Assembly: GCA_964447245.1 (NCBI GenBank)
Contig: CAYURX010000001.1
Location: forward strand, 1 to 55,486
Direction of reading: 5' to 3'
Length of the DNA: 55,486 nucleotides
Source: an uncultured Coprococcus sp.
Lineage (GTDB): Bacteria; Bacillota; Clostridia; Lachnospirales; Lachnospiraceae
Shown here: positions 1-8,858 of the stretch, in pieces
How positions within the stretch are numbered: the stretch's first letter is position 1
Layout: each line of letters starts with the position of its first letter
Position numbers and translations under genes: made by a program
Notes under the pieces: model-generated
What the model was told of the DNA's origin: nothing
Database searches by the model: none
What the model saw: only the letters and a program-made list of their open reading frames with translations

Positions 1-57
1 GGTAAGGCACAGGACTTTGACTCCTGCATTTCGTTGGTTCGAATCCAACTAGCCCAG
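1..57 (+). tRNA. tRNA-Gln(TTG), 5' end cut off by window edge
   Basis: Anticodon arm CAGGA-CTTTGAC-TCCTG, T-arm GTTGG-TTCGAAT-CCAAC, acceptor 3' strand TAGCCCA. Confidence 0.93.
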
Positions 58-105
58 CTATCAGGCAGTTGGTTAGAGACAATAGTTAAACTAAATGATT
101 GATTT

Positions 106-178
106 GGGATATTAGCTCAGTTGGTAGAGCACTAGACTTTTAATCTAGGTGTCCCGGGTTCGAGCCCCGGATGTCTCA
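106..178 (+). tRNA. tRNA-Lys(TTT)
   Basis: GGGATAT/ATGTCTC acceptor stem, D-arm AGCTCAGTTGGTAGAGC, anticodon arm CTAGA-CTTTTAA-TCTAG, T-arm CCGGG-TTCGAGC-CCCGG. Confidence 0.96.
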
Positions 179-246
179 TTGAACAAGTCTGCAAAGACTT
201 GTTTTTCTTATATCAGGCAATTTGCAGTCTGATATCCTTTATTTAA

Positions 247-328
247 GCGGATATGGCGGAACTGGCAGACGCGCCAGACTTAGGATCTGGTGGGCAACCC
301 CGTGCAGGTTCGATTCCTGTTATCCGCA
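247..328 (+). tRNA. tRNA-Leu(TAG)
   Basis: GCGGATA/TATCCGC acceptor stem, anticodon arm CCAGA-CTTAGGA-TCTGG, long variable arm, T-loop TTCGATT. Confidence 0.96.
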
Positions 329-337
329 CGAATCATT

Positions 338-366
338 AAAAGCCCTTGGTTTCAGGGGCTTTTTTT
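338..366 (+). terminator. Intrinsic terminator after tRNA cluster
   Basis: AAAAGCCCTTG...CAGGGGCTTTT stem followed by T run. Confidence 0.8.
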
Positions 367-610
367 GTGTTTGTATTCACAAGTTTTTTCGAAAAATTGA
401 CAAAACATTAACTTTTGAATTGGTTGAACCATTGAATTTTAAATTCAAAAACAGGGGAAAATGACCGTAAAAGAGAGGTAGAATCTTGATTTTTTACAAG
501 AAACCGCTAAAAAGTTTTTTTAAAATACATGTAAACTATTTACTTATTGGTTAATGTGTTGTAGAATAAGAATGAAGGTAAAAATTCAACAAAGAAAGGG
601 AGTTAAAAAA

Positions 611-1387
611 ATGTCAACCGTATTATACGAAGTAAAAGGTAACATTGCTATTCTTACTATCAGCCGTGAAAAGGCATTAAACGCTTTGAATTCAGACGTA
701 TTGAATGATCTGAATGCTGCTCTGGATGCAGTAGATGTGAATACGATCAGAGCATTGATCATCACAGGTGCCGGACAGAAGTCATTCGTAGCTGGTGCAG
801 ATATCGGTGAGATGAGCACATTGACACCAGAAGAAGGCGAAGCTTTCGGTAAAAAGGGTAATGATGTATTCAGAAAGATCGAAACATTCCCTATCCCTGT
901 TATCGCTGCAATCAATGGCTTTGCATTAGGCGGCGGCTGCGAGATCTCCATGAGCTGTGATATTCGTATCTGCTCAGACAATGCTGTATTTGGTCAGCCG
1001 GAAGTTGGTTTGGGTATTACACCTGGTTTTGGCGGTACACAGAGACTGGCTCGTCTGATCGCACCTGGTATGGCTAAACAGATCATCTACACAGCAAAGA
1101 ACATCAAAGCTGACGAAGCAAAAGCTCTTGGCCTTGTAAACGCTGTTTACACACAGGAAGAATTAATGCCTGCAGCAGAAAAACTGGCAAATGCAATTGC
1201 AAAGAACGCTCCGATCGCTGTTCGTGCCTGCAAGAAAGCTATCAATGATGGTCTTGACCTTCCTATGGATGAAGCTATCGTTCTGGAAGAGAAACTGTTC
1301 GGAAGCTGCTTCAAGACACATGATCAGATTGAGGGTATGGATGCATTCCTTACAAAACGTAAAGAAAAGAACTTCATCAACGCATAA
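611..1387 (+). CDS. crt: Short-chain enoyl-CoA hydratase (crotonase)
   Basis: LNALN, FVAGADI, NGFALGGGCE, QPEVGLGITPGFGGTQRL motifs; ATG 611 after AAGGGAG RBS. Confidence 0.93.
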   Translation: MSTVLYEVKGNIAILTISREKALNALNSDVLNDLNAALDAVDVNTIRALIITGAGQKSFVAGADIGEMSTLTPEEGEAFGKKGNDVFRKIETFPIPVIAAINGFALGGGCEISMSCDIRICSDNAVFGQPEVGLGITPGFGGTQRLARLIAPGMAKQIIYTAKNIKADEAKALGLVNAVYTQEELMPAAEKLANAIAKNAPIAVRACKKAINDGLDLPMDEAIVLEEKLFGSCFKTHDQIEGMDAFLTKRKEKNFINA

Positions 1388-1458
1388 TTTGGGGATTGTC
1401 TGGTTTAAGGGTTCAGACACTATAGTGTTATAATATATTTATCAGGAGGATATGTACA

Positions 1459-2295
1459 ATGAAAGTAGGAGTTATTGGCGCTGGTACTATGGGTTCAGGT
1501 ATTGCACAGGTATTTGCTCAGACCGAAGGTTATGAAGTATGCTTATGTGATATTTCTGAAAAGTTTGCTGAGAATGGCAAAGCCAAGATTGCAAAAGGTT
1601 TCGCAAAACGTGTCGCAAAAGGTAAGATGGCACAGGAAGATGCCGATAAGATTCTTGGCAAGATTACGACAGGTTTAGTAGATGTCTGTGTAGACTGTGA
1701 TCTGGTTGTTGAGGCTGCTTACGAAGATTTAAGTGTTAAGCAGGAAATGTTCAGACAGTTAGATGAAATTTGCAAGCCTGAGACTATTTTTGCATCTAAC
1801 ACATCTTCTCTGTCTGTTACAGAGATTGGTGCAGGCGTAAAGAGACCGCTTATCGGTATGCATTTCTTTAATCCGGCTCCTGCTATGAAGCTGATTGAAG
1901 TTATTGCAGGTATTAATACACCTGATGCAACTGTACAGAAGATCAAAGATATTTCTGTTGAAATCGGTAAGACACCTGTTCAGGTAAAAGAAGCTGCAGG
2001 TTTTGTAGTTAACAGGATTCTTATCCCAATGATCAATGAAGCAGTTGGTATCTATGCAGAAGGTGTTGCAGATGTTGAAGGTATTGATACAGCTATGAAG
2101 CTTGGTGCTAATCATCCAATGGGCCCTCTGGCTTTAGGAGATTTGATCGGTCTGGATATTTGTCTGGCTATCATGAACGTTCTTTATACAGAGACAGGAG
2201 ATTCAAAATATCGTCCGCATCCATTGTTAAAGAAGATGGTTCGTGGTGGTAAGCTTGGTCAGAAGTCAGGCGAAGGTTTCTACAAATACAATTAA
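1459..2295 (+). CDS. hbd: 3-hydroxybutyryl-CoA dehydrogenase
   Basis: [10 protein letters not shown] Rossmann motif, [27 protein letters not shown]; AGGAGG RBS. Confidence 0.95.
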   Translation: MKVGVIGAGTMGSGIAQVFAQTEGYEVCLCDISEKFAENGKAKIAKGFAKRVAKGKMAQEDADKILGKITTGLVDVCVDCDLVVEAAYEDLSVKQEMFRQLDEICKPETIFASNTSSLSVTEIGAGVKRPLIGMHFFNPAPAMKLIEVIAGINTPDATVQKIKDISVEIGKTPVQVKEAAGFVVNRILIPMINEAVGIYAEGVADVEGIDTAMKLGANHPMGPLALGDLIGLDICLAIMNVLYTETGDSKYRPHPLLKKMVRGGKLGQKSGEGFYKYN

Positions 2296-2365
2296 TATTT
2301 TGCCATTATCAGACAGCATTATATATGGGTCGTAATCGCTGATCTGAAAACATAATCAAATAATG

Positions 2366-2412
2366 ACTGCTGTACGATTACTTATTACGGGTAAGCGTAC
2401 AGCAGTTTTTTT
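2366..2412 (+). terminator. Intrinsic terminator after hbd
   Basis: ACTGCTGTACG...CGTACAGCAGT stem plus T run. Confidence 0.75.
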
Positions 2413-2586
2413 GTTCATTTTTAAATAAAAAGTTACTTTTTGCAAATAGACTATTGAAAAGCCTCCTCAGATTTGATACCATTGAAGCAAAAGTTTTTTA
2501 TTTCGACAGAGTTCATTAAGGAAATCTGTCCGAAAATGGTTGAAACGTAAGGTATGTATAGATTTGACAGGCGGAGGTTATGATAG

Positions 2587-2838
2587 ATGCATGAACAGAG
2601 AGAGGCAATAGATGAAGAAATAGAGAAGATGAAGCACGTACTGAGCAGGAATATCAAGCATTACCGGAAGATCAGGAGGATATCCCAGCAGGCTCTGGCC
2701 AATATGTGCGGACTTCATCGGACTTATATATCAGATATGGAAAACGCAAAGTGCAATCCGACGCTGAGTGTTCTTATGGTGATGGCGGACAGCCTGGGCG
2801 TTCAGTTAGGTGATTTGCTGCAGTATGCTGAAGACTAA
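2587..2838 (+). CDS. XRE/Cro-C1 family HTH transcriptional regulator
   Basis: SQQALANMCGLHRTYISDMENAKCNPTL HTH pattern; GGAGG RBS. Confidence 0.85.
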   Translation: MHEQREAIDEEIEKMKHVLSRNIKHYRKIRRISQQALANMCGLHRTYISDMENAKCNPTLSVLMVMADSLGVQLGDLLQYAED

Positions 2839-2950
2839 TGAATAAAATATGAATCCGGTATTTACTTTTGTGCGAATATAGCATAAAATAATAGAGTATT
2901 GTCGACAGACTATGAGCAGGTAATGCAAAAATATAGAAGGAGCTGAGATT

Positions 2951-4228
2951 ATGGTTAAAGCAATCGTTGGAGCAAACTGGGGAGATGAAGGAAAAGGTAA
3001 GATTACCGATATGTTAGCGGAAGAATCTGATATTATTATCCGATTCCAGGGCGGCAGCAATGCAGGACATACGATTATCAACGATTACGGCAAGTTTGCC
3101 TTACATCTTCTGCCATCAGGTGTTTTTTATAATCATACAACAAGTATCATTGGTAATGGTGTAGCGCTGAATATCCCGTATTTGATCAGAGAATTAAAGG
3201 ATGTGACATCAAAAGGCGTTCCGATGCCGAAGATTCTTGTTTCGGACCGCGCGCAGATATTGATGCCATACCACATTTTATTTGATGCGTATGAAGAAGA
3301 ACGGCTGGGCGGCAAATCATTTGGTTCAACGAAATCCGGTATTGCGCCATTTTATTCTGATAAATATGCGAAAATCGGTTTTCAGGTGAGTGAATTGTTT
3401 GACGAGGAAGGCCTGAAAGAAAAGGTTTATCGTGTTGTTGAGATGAAGAATGTGCTGATCGAGCATTTGTATCACAAGGAAAAGCTTGATCCGGAGGAGA
3501 TTTACACAACATTGCTTGAGTACAGAGATATGATCGAGCCATATGTCTGTGATGTTTCAGCCTATTTGCATGAAGCGATCAAACAGGGCAAGAGAATCCT
3601 TCTGGAGGGACAGCTTGGTTCCTTAAAGGACCCGGATTTTGGTATTTACCCAATGGTGACATCTTCCTCAACGCTGGCTTCTTATGGGGCCATCGGTGCA
3701 GGTATTCCGGGATATGAGATCAAAGATGTTGTGACGGTTGTGAAAGCTTATTCCAGCGCGGTAGGTGCCGGTGAGTTTGTATCAGAGATTTTTGGCGATG
3801 AAGCGGACGAACTCCGCAGACGCGGAGGCGACGGCGGAGAATTCGGCGCAACAACGGGACGTCCGAGACGTATGGGATGGTTTGACGCAGTTGCTTCAAG
3901 ATATGGCTGCCGTGTGCAGGGGGCAACGGAAGTCGTATTGACCGTTCTTGATGTGCTTGGTTATCTGGATGAACTGCCGGTTTGTGTTGGTTATGAAATT
4001 GACGGCAAGATCACGAGAGATTTCCCGACGACCCGTCTGCTGAAAAAAGCAAAACCGGTTTATACCATGCTGCCGGGATGGAAGACGGACATTCGTGGAA
4101 TCACAAAATATGAGGATCTGCCTGAGAATTGCAGAAATTATATTGAATTTATTGAAAAAGAACTGGAAGTACCGATTACCATGGTATCCAATGGCCCTGG
4201 CCGACATGAAATTATTAAGCGTCAATAA
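2951..4228 (+). CDS. purA: Adenylosuccinate synthetase
   Basis: GANWGDEGKGK, QGGSNAGHT, EFGATTGRPRRMGWFD motifs. Confidence 0.97.
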   Translation: MVKAIVGANWGDEGKGKITDMLAEESDIIIRFQGGSNAGHTIINDYGKFALHLLPSGVFYNHTTSIIGNGVALNIPYLIRELKDVTSKGVPMPKILVSDRAQILMPYHILFDAYEEERLGGKSFGSTKSGIAPFYSDKYAKIGFQVSELFDEEGLKEKVYRVVEMKNVLIEHLYHKEKLDPEEIYTTLLEYRDMIEPYVCDVSAYLHEAIKQGKRILLEGQLGSLKDPDFGIYPMVTSSSTLASYGAIGAGIPGYEIKDVVTVVKAYSSAVGAGEFVSEIFGDEADELRRRGGDGGEFGATTGRPRRMGWFDAVASRYGCRVQGATEVVLTVLDVLGYLDELPVCVGYEIDGKITRDFPTTRLLKKAKPVYTMLPGWKTDIRGITKYEDLPENCRNYIEFIEKELEVPITMVSNGPGRHEIIKRQ

Positions 4229-4233
4229 ATGGC

Positions 4234-4284
4234 AAAGGCAGTCCTGTTTCCGGGCGTTCGTCCGGATCGCGGGACTGCCTTTTT
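4234..4284 (+). terminator. Intrinsic terminator after purA
   Basis: AAAGGCAGTCC...GGACTGCCTTT stem plus T run. Confidence 0.75.
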
Positions 4285-4424
4285 GGCAATGAATAGCTTA
4301 AAAGTTTCAAAATAACTTTATATTCTTTTAAGGATTTCATCATCATAAAGACATAATTACAGCGTATAATAATCTTTATAGAGAAGATATAGGGGTAGTA
4401 TGAAAGGGATAGGGTGAGAGATAA

Positions 4425-5081
4425 ATGCTGAATGAAATGTATTATGAGGAGAATAATGTGATTCCTGAGGAGGAATATGAGCAGATCATAGAAACATTAA
4501 AAAAAGGCAGGAATTTTAAGCCGGCCAGGACTTCCATTATCAGGAAGGTGTTTTTTAATAAAGAGATCAATTATCTGACGGATGCGTTGAGTGTTGCTCA
4601 GGAGAATTCTGAAACATACAGTTTTGTAATGGCAGACTGGGATAGTTCGCGATTGGTACTGGAGAAGAAAAGTATCAGGGAAGGTCTGATCAGTAAGAGT
4701 TATACATATATATCAGAAAAGCAGTTTGAGATGGTGATTGACGGCGAATATGAGTGGATGAAAGCGAGCCGTGACGGGCTGCTGAGAGATTTTTATCTGC
4801 AGTTGACGATTAATCAGATCCGGCCGGGTGTTGTGGTCGATTATGCGAGGCAGACATTCAGACTGAACAACCGGAAGGATTATATGGTTTTTGATACGTC
4901 CATTCGTTCGACGTATCTTTTTACAAAAGATACGCTGCTCAGTCCGCTGCTGGAGCAGAAAAACAGACTTGAGAAACATCGGATCGTGATGACTTACAAG
5001 CAGGCGGCGGAGATGCCGGGAATTATCTACCGGTTGGCGAATATTGGTCAGCCGCAGCAGTGGATACCGGAATTGACATAA
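4425..5081 (+). CDS. Divergent VTC (polyphosphate polymerase-like) domain protein
   Basis: LEKKSIREGLISK, LLRDFY, RPGVVVDYAR and FDTSIRS segments resemble bacterial VTC-domain proteins. Confidence 0.55.
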   Translation: MLNEMYYEENNVIPEEEYEQIIETLKKGRNFKPARTSIIRKVFFNKEINYLTDALSVAQENSETYSFVMADWDSSRLVLEKKSIREGLISKSYTYISEKQFEMVIDGEYEWMKASRDGLLRDFYLQLTINQIRPGVVVDYARQTFRLNNRKDYMVFDTSIRSTYLFTKDTLLSPLLEQKNRLEKHRIVMTYKQAAEMPGIIYRLANIGQPQQWIPELT

Positions 5082-5117
5082 TAGACAGTTTCGATGCGGT
5101 TGGCTCAATGATTGATC

Positions 5118-5162
5118 AGGGATTGCTGTAAATGAGGTTTTCAGATACAGCAATCCTTTTTT
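5118..5162 (+). terminator. Intrinsic terminator
   Basis: GGATTGCTGTA...TACAGCAATCC stem plus T run. Confidence 0.75.
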
Positions 5163-5319
5163 GCTGTTTATATCTGACAATATTTTTATGGCTCACAGAA
5201 AGACCGGAGGTTGAAGATAGCGTGATTTAGTGTTAAAATACATTATGCGACAAAAGATAAGCAAGAGATAAAATGATACAGATCAATGACAGATCAACAA
5301 TAGAAGAAGGTGAGAGAAC

Positions 5320-8300
5320 ATGAAGGAGAAGATACAGTTATTGTCGAAGGGCGTATTTGAATATGAGAATCCGGTGATTGATGTTTCTGAGAAAATGATT
5401 ACGCTGGATGTGGAATATGGCAGCAAGTATTCCGGTTATTTTGATGTGACAAGCAGCAATCATATTGAGATACGCGCGATGGTTTTCTCATCGAATAAGT
5501 GGATGCAGTGTCTGGAATCGACGTTGGTCGGGGAGAGTGGGCGTGTGCATTATGTGTTTGATACGCAGGCTCTGGAAATTGGTGAGACAAGTGAAGGATG
5601 TTTTAGCATTGTCAGTAATGGCGGGGAGATTACGATCCCGTATCATGTCCATGTGCGGACCCCTTATTGTGAGACGAGCATGGGACCGATGAATGAACTG
5701 GATCAGTTCACGATGCTGGCCCGGGAAAATTGGGCGGAAGCACTGAAGATTTTCAAATCTCCGGATTTCGGGCGCGTGTTTTTGAGTCATAAGAAAAATC
5801 AGCGGATCTATGATGCGTTGGTTAAGAGCCATGATGCAGCGCTGGCTATGGAAGAATTTCTCTGTACGGTGAAACGTAAGCAGAAAGTGAGTATCCGGGT
5901 ATCCCAGGATTTGATCGAGTTTGAAAATCTCGATCATACAGTGAGCGAGCGGCTGCTCATCGAGAAGAACCAGTGGGGACATGTGGAGATCCATGTTCGG
6001 ACAACGGGCAGTTTCCTGAATGTATACAAGCAGACCATTACGGACGAGGATTTTCTTGGCAGCTACTATCAATTGGAATATCAGGTGCAGCCCGATGGCG
6101 TCAGTACGCTGCAGGGAAGCCTGATTTTAGAAACTTTTGACCAGAAGATTGAGATTCCCGTCCATTGCCGGCATGATCGAACAAGGCGGGAGAGAGGAAA
6201 AAAACACAGTAATCTGAAGCCGGCATGGCTGGCCATGGGGCGGCAATACTGTGCCTGGCAGATGAAACAGATTTCGAAGGAACAGTGGCTGACTGAGGCG
6301 CGGGGAGAAATCGACGGCTGCCTCAATAATAGCGGGGACAGCATTTATCGTGTCATGGAGGCCCATTATCTTCTACTGGCCGGAGAAGAACAGGAGGCAC
6401 TGGCGATTCTTGAAACGGTGAACGGCCGTGAATTGCGCTATCAGTCGGCGGTTGATTATAGTTATTATTTGTATGTGAACGCTCGCTGCAAAAAAGATGA
6501 GCATTATACGCAATATGTGCGGGATACGATTCAGTTTTACGAGGAAGGGCAGTACAGCGACCGCTGGGAACTGCTGCTGATGCTGGTGAAGCTGGAAGAA
6601 CGGAAAGACCGACATGCATTGCGGTATTTCAGAAATATGAAAGAGATATACGCACGGCGGATGCCGGGGCCGGTCATGTACCTGGAAGCGGTGCGGATGA
6701 TCAATGATAATCCGGCACTTCTCCGGGAGATGAGCAGCTTTGAAATCAGTCTGCTTGTCTGGGGTGTGCGTCATGACTGCCTGAACAGGGAGGCTGTTTT
6801 CCAGTTTGCGGATCTGGTGCTGCGGATGAGAAATTATCATGAAGAATGTCTGCGCACACTGATGAGCCTTTGCAGGATTTATGAGACAAAGAATCTGCTG
6901 TCGGCGGTTCTGCATTTATTGATCCTGGGCGGACGGAAAGAGATGCAGTTCCATTACTGGTATGAACTGGGGATTAAATCATCCATCAGGATGCCGGAAT
7001 TGTACGAGTACTATATGGCGACCCTTGATATGGCCAATTGCACGGAACTGCCGACTTCTGTTTTAATTTATTTTCAATATGATAACCGGCTGCAATTTGA
7101 ACAGAAAGCTTTTCTTTTCCGTTATGTGATCGAGCACCGGGAGAGACTTTCAAAACTGTTTGAAGTCTACGACGGTATCATCAAAGCTTTTACTTTCGAG
7201 CAATTGCAGAATGGCCGTATTAATGAACATCTTGCTGTTCTTTACCGGCATTATCTGACGCGGGATGCCATGACATCCCATGTGGTCAAAGCTCTGCCTT
7301 CTGTCATATTCAAGCAGCGTGTGCACTGTGAACATCCGGGTATACAGGGGGTCATCGTGGATTATTCAGAGCTTGAAAAAGAGCTTTATTATCCCGTTGT
7401 GAATGGGGATGCATACATTGATCTGTTTATGGATGATTACCGCATTCTTTTTGTGGATGCCTGTGGCGGGCGGTATATGGCAGCCGTTGACTATACGGTT
7501 GAAAAGCTTCTGGATGCGGGCCGCTATATGAAGGAATGTTATGAACAATGTCGTGGTGACCGGATGATTTTATTGAACCGCAGCGAGCGGGCATTAAAAT
7601 ATCAGATGATGGACGATGTTTCCGTTGATGTTTATAAGCGGACGCTGAAACTTCAGGATGTGAGCAGACACTACCAGAAGACGATACTGAAAAATCTGAT
7701 CGATTATTATTATGATAATTATGAGGGCGAGACGCTGGAAAAATATCTGCTTCAGATCGATATCCGGCTGCTGGGCCATGCGGAGCGCTGTCATATCATT
7801 GAGTATTTTATACAGCGGGGGCTGTATGAAAAGGCGTACAGCGCAATGATGGTCTATGGTTATGAAGGGATTCAGGACAAGCGGATCATGCGCCTTTGTT
7901 CACGAATTATCCGGGAGAAGAATTATGAGAAGGACGATATGCTGGTAGAACTGGCTTATCTGGCATTTTCACAGGGAAAATATGATGAAGCGATCCTCCA
8001 GTATCTGATTAAATTTTATTCGGGGACAACAAAGAATCTTTATGCCATCTGGAAGGCGGCAAAAGATTTTGAGGTTCCGGCCTTTGAACTGGAGGAGCGG
8101 TTGATCTGTGAAATACTCTTTACGGAATCGCTGGTGACGGAAGGGTGTGAAGTCTTTGCGTCCTATTACGGTGAACATCCGGCCCAGCGTTATGTGAAGG
8201 CGTTTCTGGCATACTATGCCTATCATTATCTTGTGCATGAACGGGCGACAGGTCAGCAGATTTTTCAGTTGATGGAAATTGAACTGGAACAGATGGAGCA

Positions 8301-8856
8301 GGCACGGGATATATGCAGTCTGGCGCTGCTCAAATATTATTCAGGCAGTGATCATATAGAACCGGAATATTATGGCTGGATCCATCGGGAAGTGTCCCGT
8401 TTTATGGATAAGGGCGTAATACTGCCGTTTTTTAAGAAGTTTGCGGCTGATGGCGAAGTGCCGCATGAACTGGTGGATCTGACTTATGTGGAATATCATA
8501 CAGACCCGAAGCATACGGTGAACATCCATTTCCGTCCGGTCAATGTGGCGGAAGGGGCGTTTTGTGAGGAGCCGATGCGGCATGTGTTCGGCGGTATATT
8601 TGTCAAAGGTTTCCGTCTGTTTGCCGGTGAGCAGATGACATACTTTGTGACGGAATCCGATGGTAATACTGAAAAGACCGGGCCGCAGCAGACGCTTTTT
8701 GCGGCGCGGGACGGCGAAGAACCGGAGACGGGCGTGGACTATTTGAACAGAATGCTGGATTACGTTGATTTTCATGATGATCTGGCGCTGGATGAGGCGC
8801 TTTTGAAATATGACCGTCTGGATGAGATGACCGATCAATTGTTTCAACTGAAATAG
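5320..8856 (+). CDS. Large uncharacterised protein, DUF5717-like
   Basis: 1178 aa; beta-rich N-terminus, long helical body, C-terminal GIFVKGFRLFAGE segment; family recalled from Lachnospiraceae proteins. Confidence 0.7.
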   Translation: MKEKIQLLSKGVFEYENPVIDVSEKMITLDVEYGSKYSGYFDVTSSNHIEIRAMVFSSNKWMQCLESTLVGESGRVHYVFDTQALEIGETSEGCFSIVSNGGEITIPYHVHVRTPYCETSMGPMNELDQFTMLARENWAEALKIFKSPDFGRVFLSHKKNQRIYDALVKSHDAALAMEEFLCTVKRKQKVSIRVSQDLIEFENLDHTVSERLLIEKNQWGHVEIHVRTTGSFLNVYKQTITDEDFLGSYYQLEYQVQPDGVSTLQGSLILETFDQKIEIPVHCRHDRTRRERGKKHSNLKPAWLAMGRQYCAWQMKQISKEQWLTEARGEIDGCLNNSGDSIYRVMEAHYLLLAGEEQEALAILETVNGRELRYQSAVDYSYYLYVNARCKKDEHYTQYVRDTIQFYEEGQYSDRWELLLMLVKLEERKDRHALRYFRNMKEIYARRMPGPVMYLEAVRMINDNPALLREMSSFEISLLVWGVRHDCLNREAVFQFADLVLRMRNYHEECLRTLMSLCRIYETKNLLSAVLHLLILGGRKEMQFHYWYELGIKSSIRMPELYEYYMATLDMANCTELPTSVLIYFQYDNRLQFEQKAFLFRYVIEHRERLSKLFEVYDGIIKAFTFEQLQNGRINEHLAVLYRHYLTRDAMTSHVVKALPSVIFKQRVHCEHPGIQGVIVDYSELEKELYYPVVNGDAYIDLFMDDYRILFVDACGGRYMAAVDYTVEKLLDAGRYMKECYEQCRGDRMILLNRSERALKYQMMDDVSVDVYKRTLKLQDVSRHYQKTILKNLIDYYYDNYEGETLEKYLLQIDIRLLGHAERCHIIEYFIQRGLYEKAYSAMMVYGYEGIQDKRIMRLCSRIIREKNYEKDDMLVELAYLAFSQGKYDEAILQYLIKFYSGTTKNLYAIWKAAKDFEVPAFELEERLICEILFTESLVTEGCEVFASYYGEHPAQRYVKAFLAYYAYHYLVHERATGQQIFQLMEIELEQMEQARDICSLALLKYYSGSDHIEPEYYGWIHREVSRFMDKGVILPFFKKFAADGEVPHELVDLTYVEYHTDPKHTVNIHFRPVNVAEGAFCEEPMRHVFGGIFVKGFRLFAGEQMTYFVTESDGNTEKTGPQQTLFAARDGEEPETGVDYLNRMLDYVDFHDDLALDEALLKYDRLDEMTDQLFQLK

Positions 8857-8858
8857 GA

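Noticed and set aside
247-328. tRNA-Leu 3' end as an integration site
   Set aside because: Housekeeping genes follow; no integrase, and no duplicated tRNA end beyond a chance 9-mer
222-464. 80-aa ORF
   Set aside because: Overlaps tRNA-Leu and its terminator; spurious
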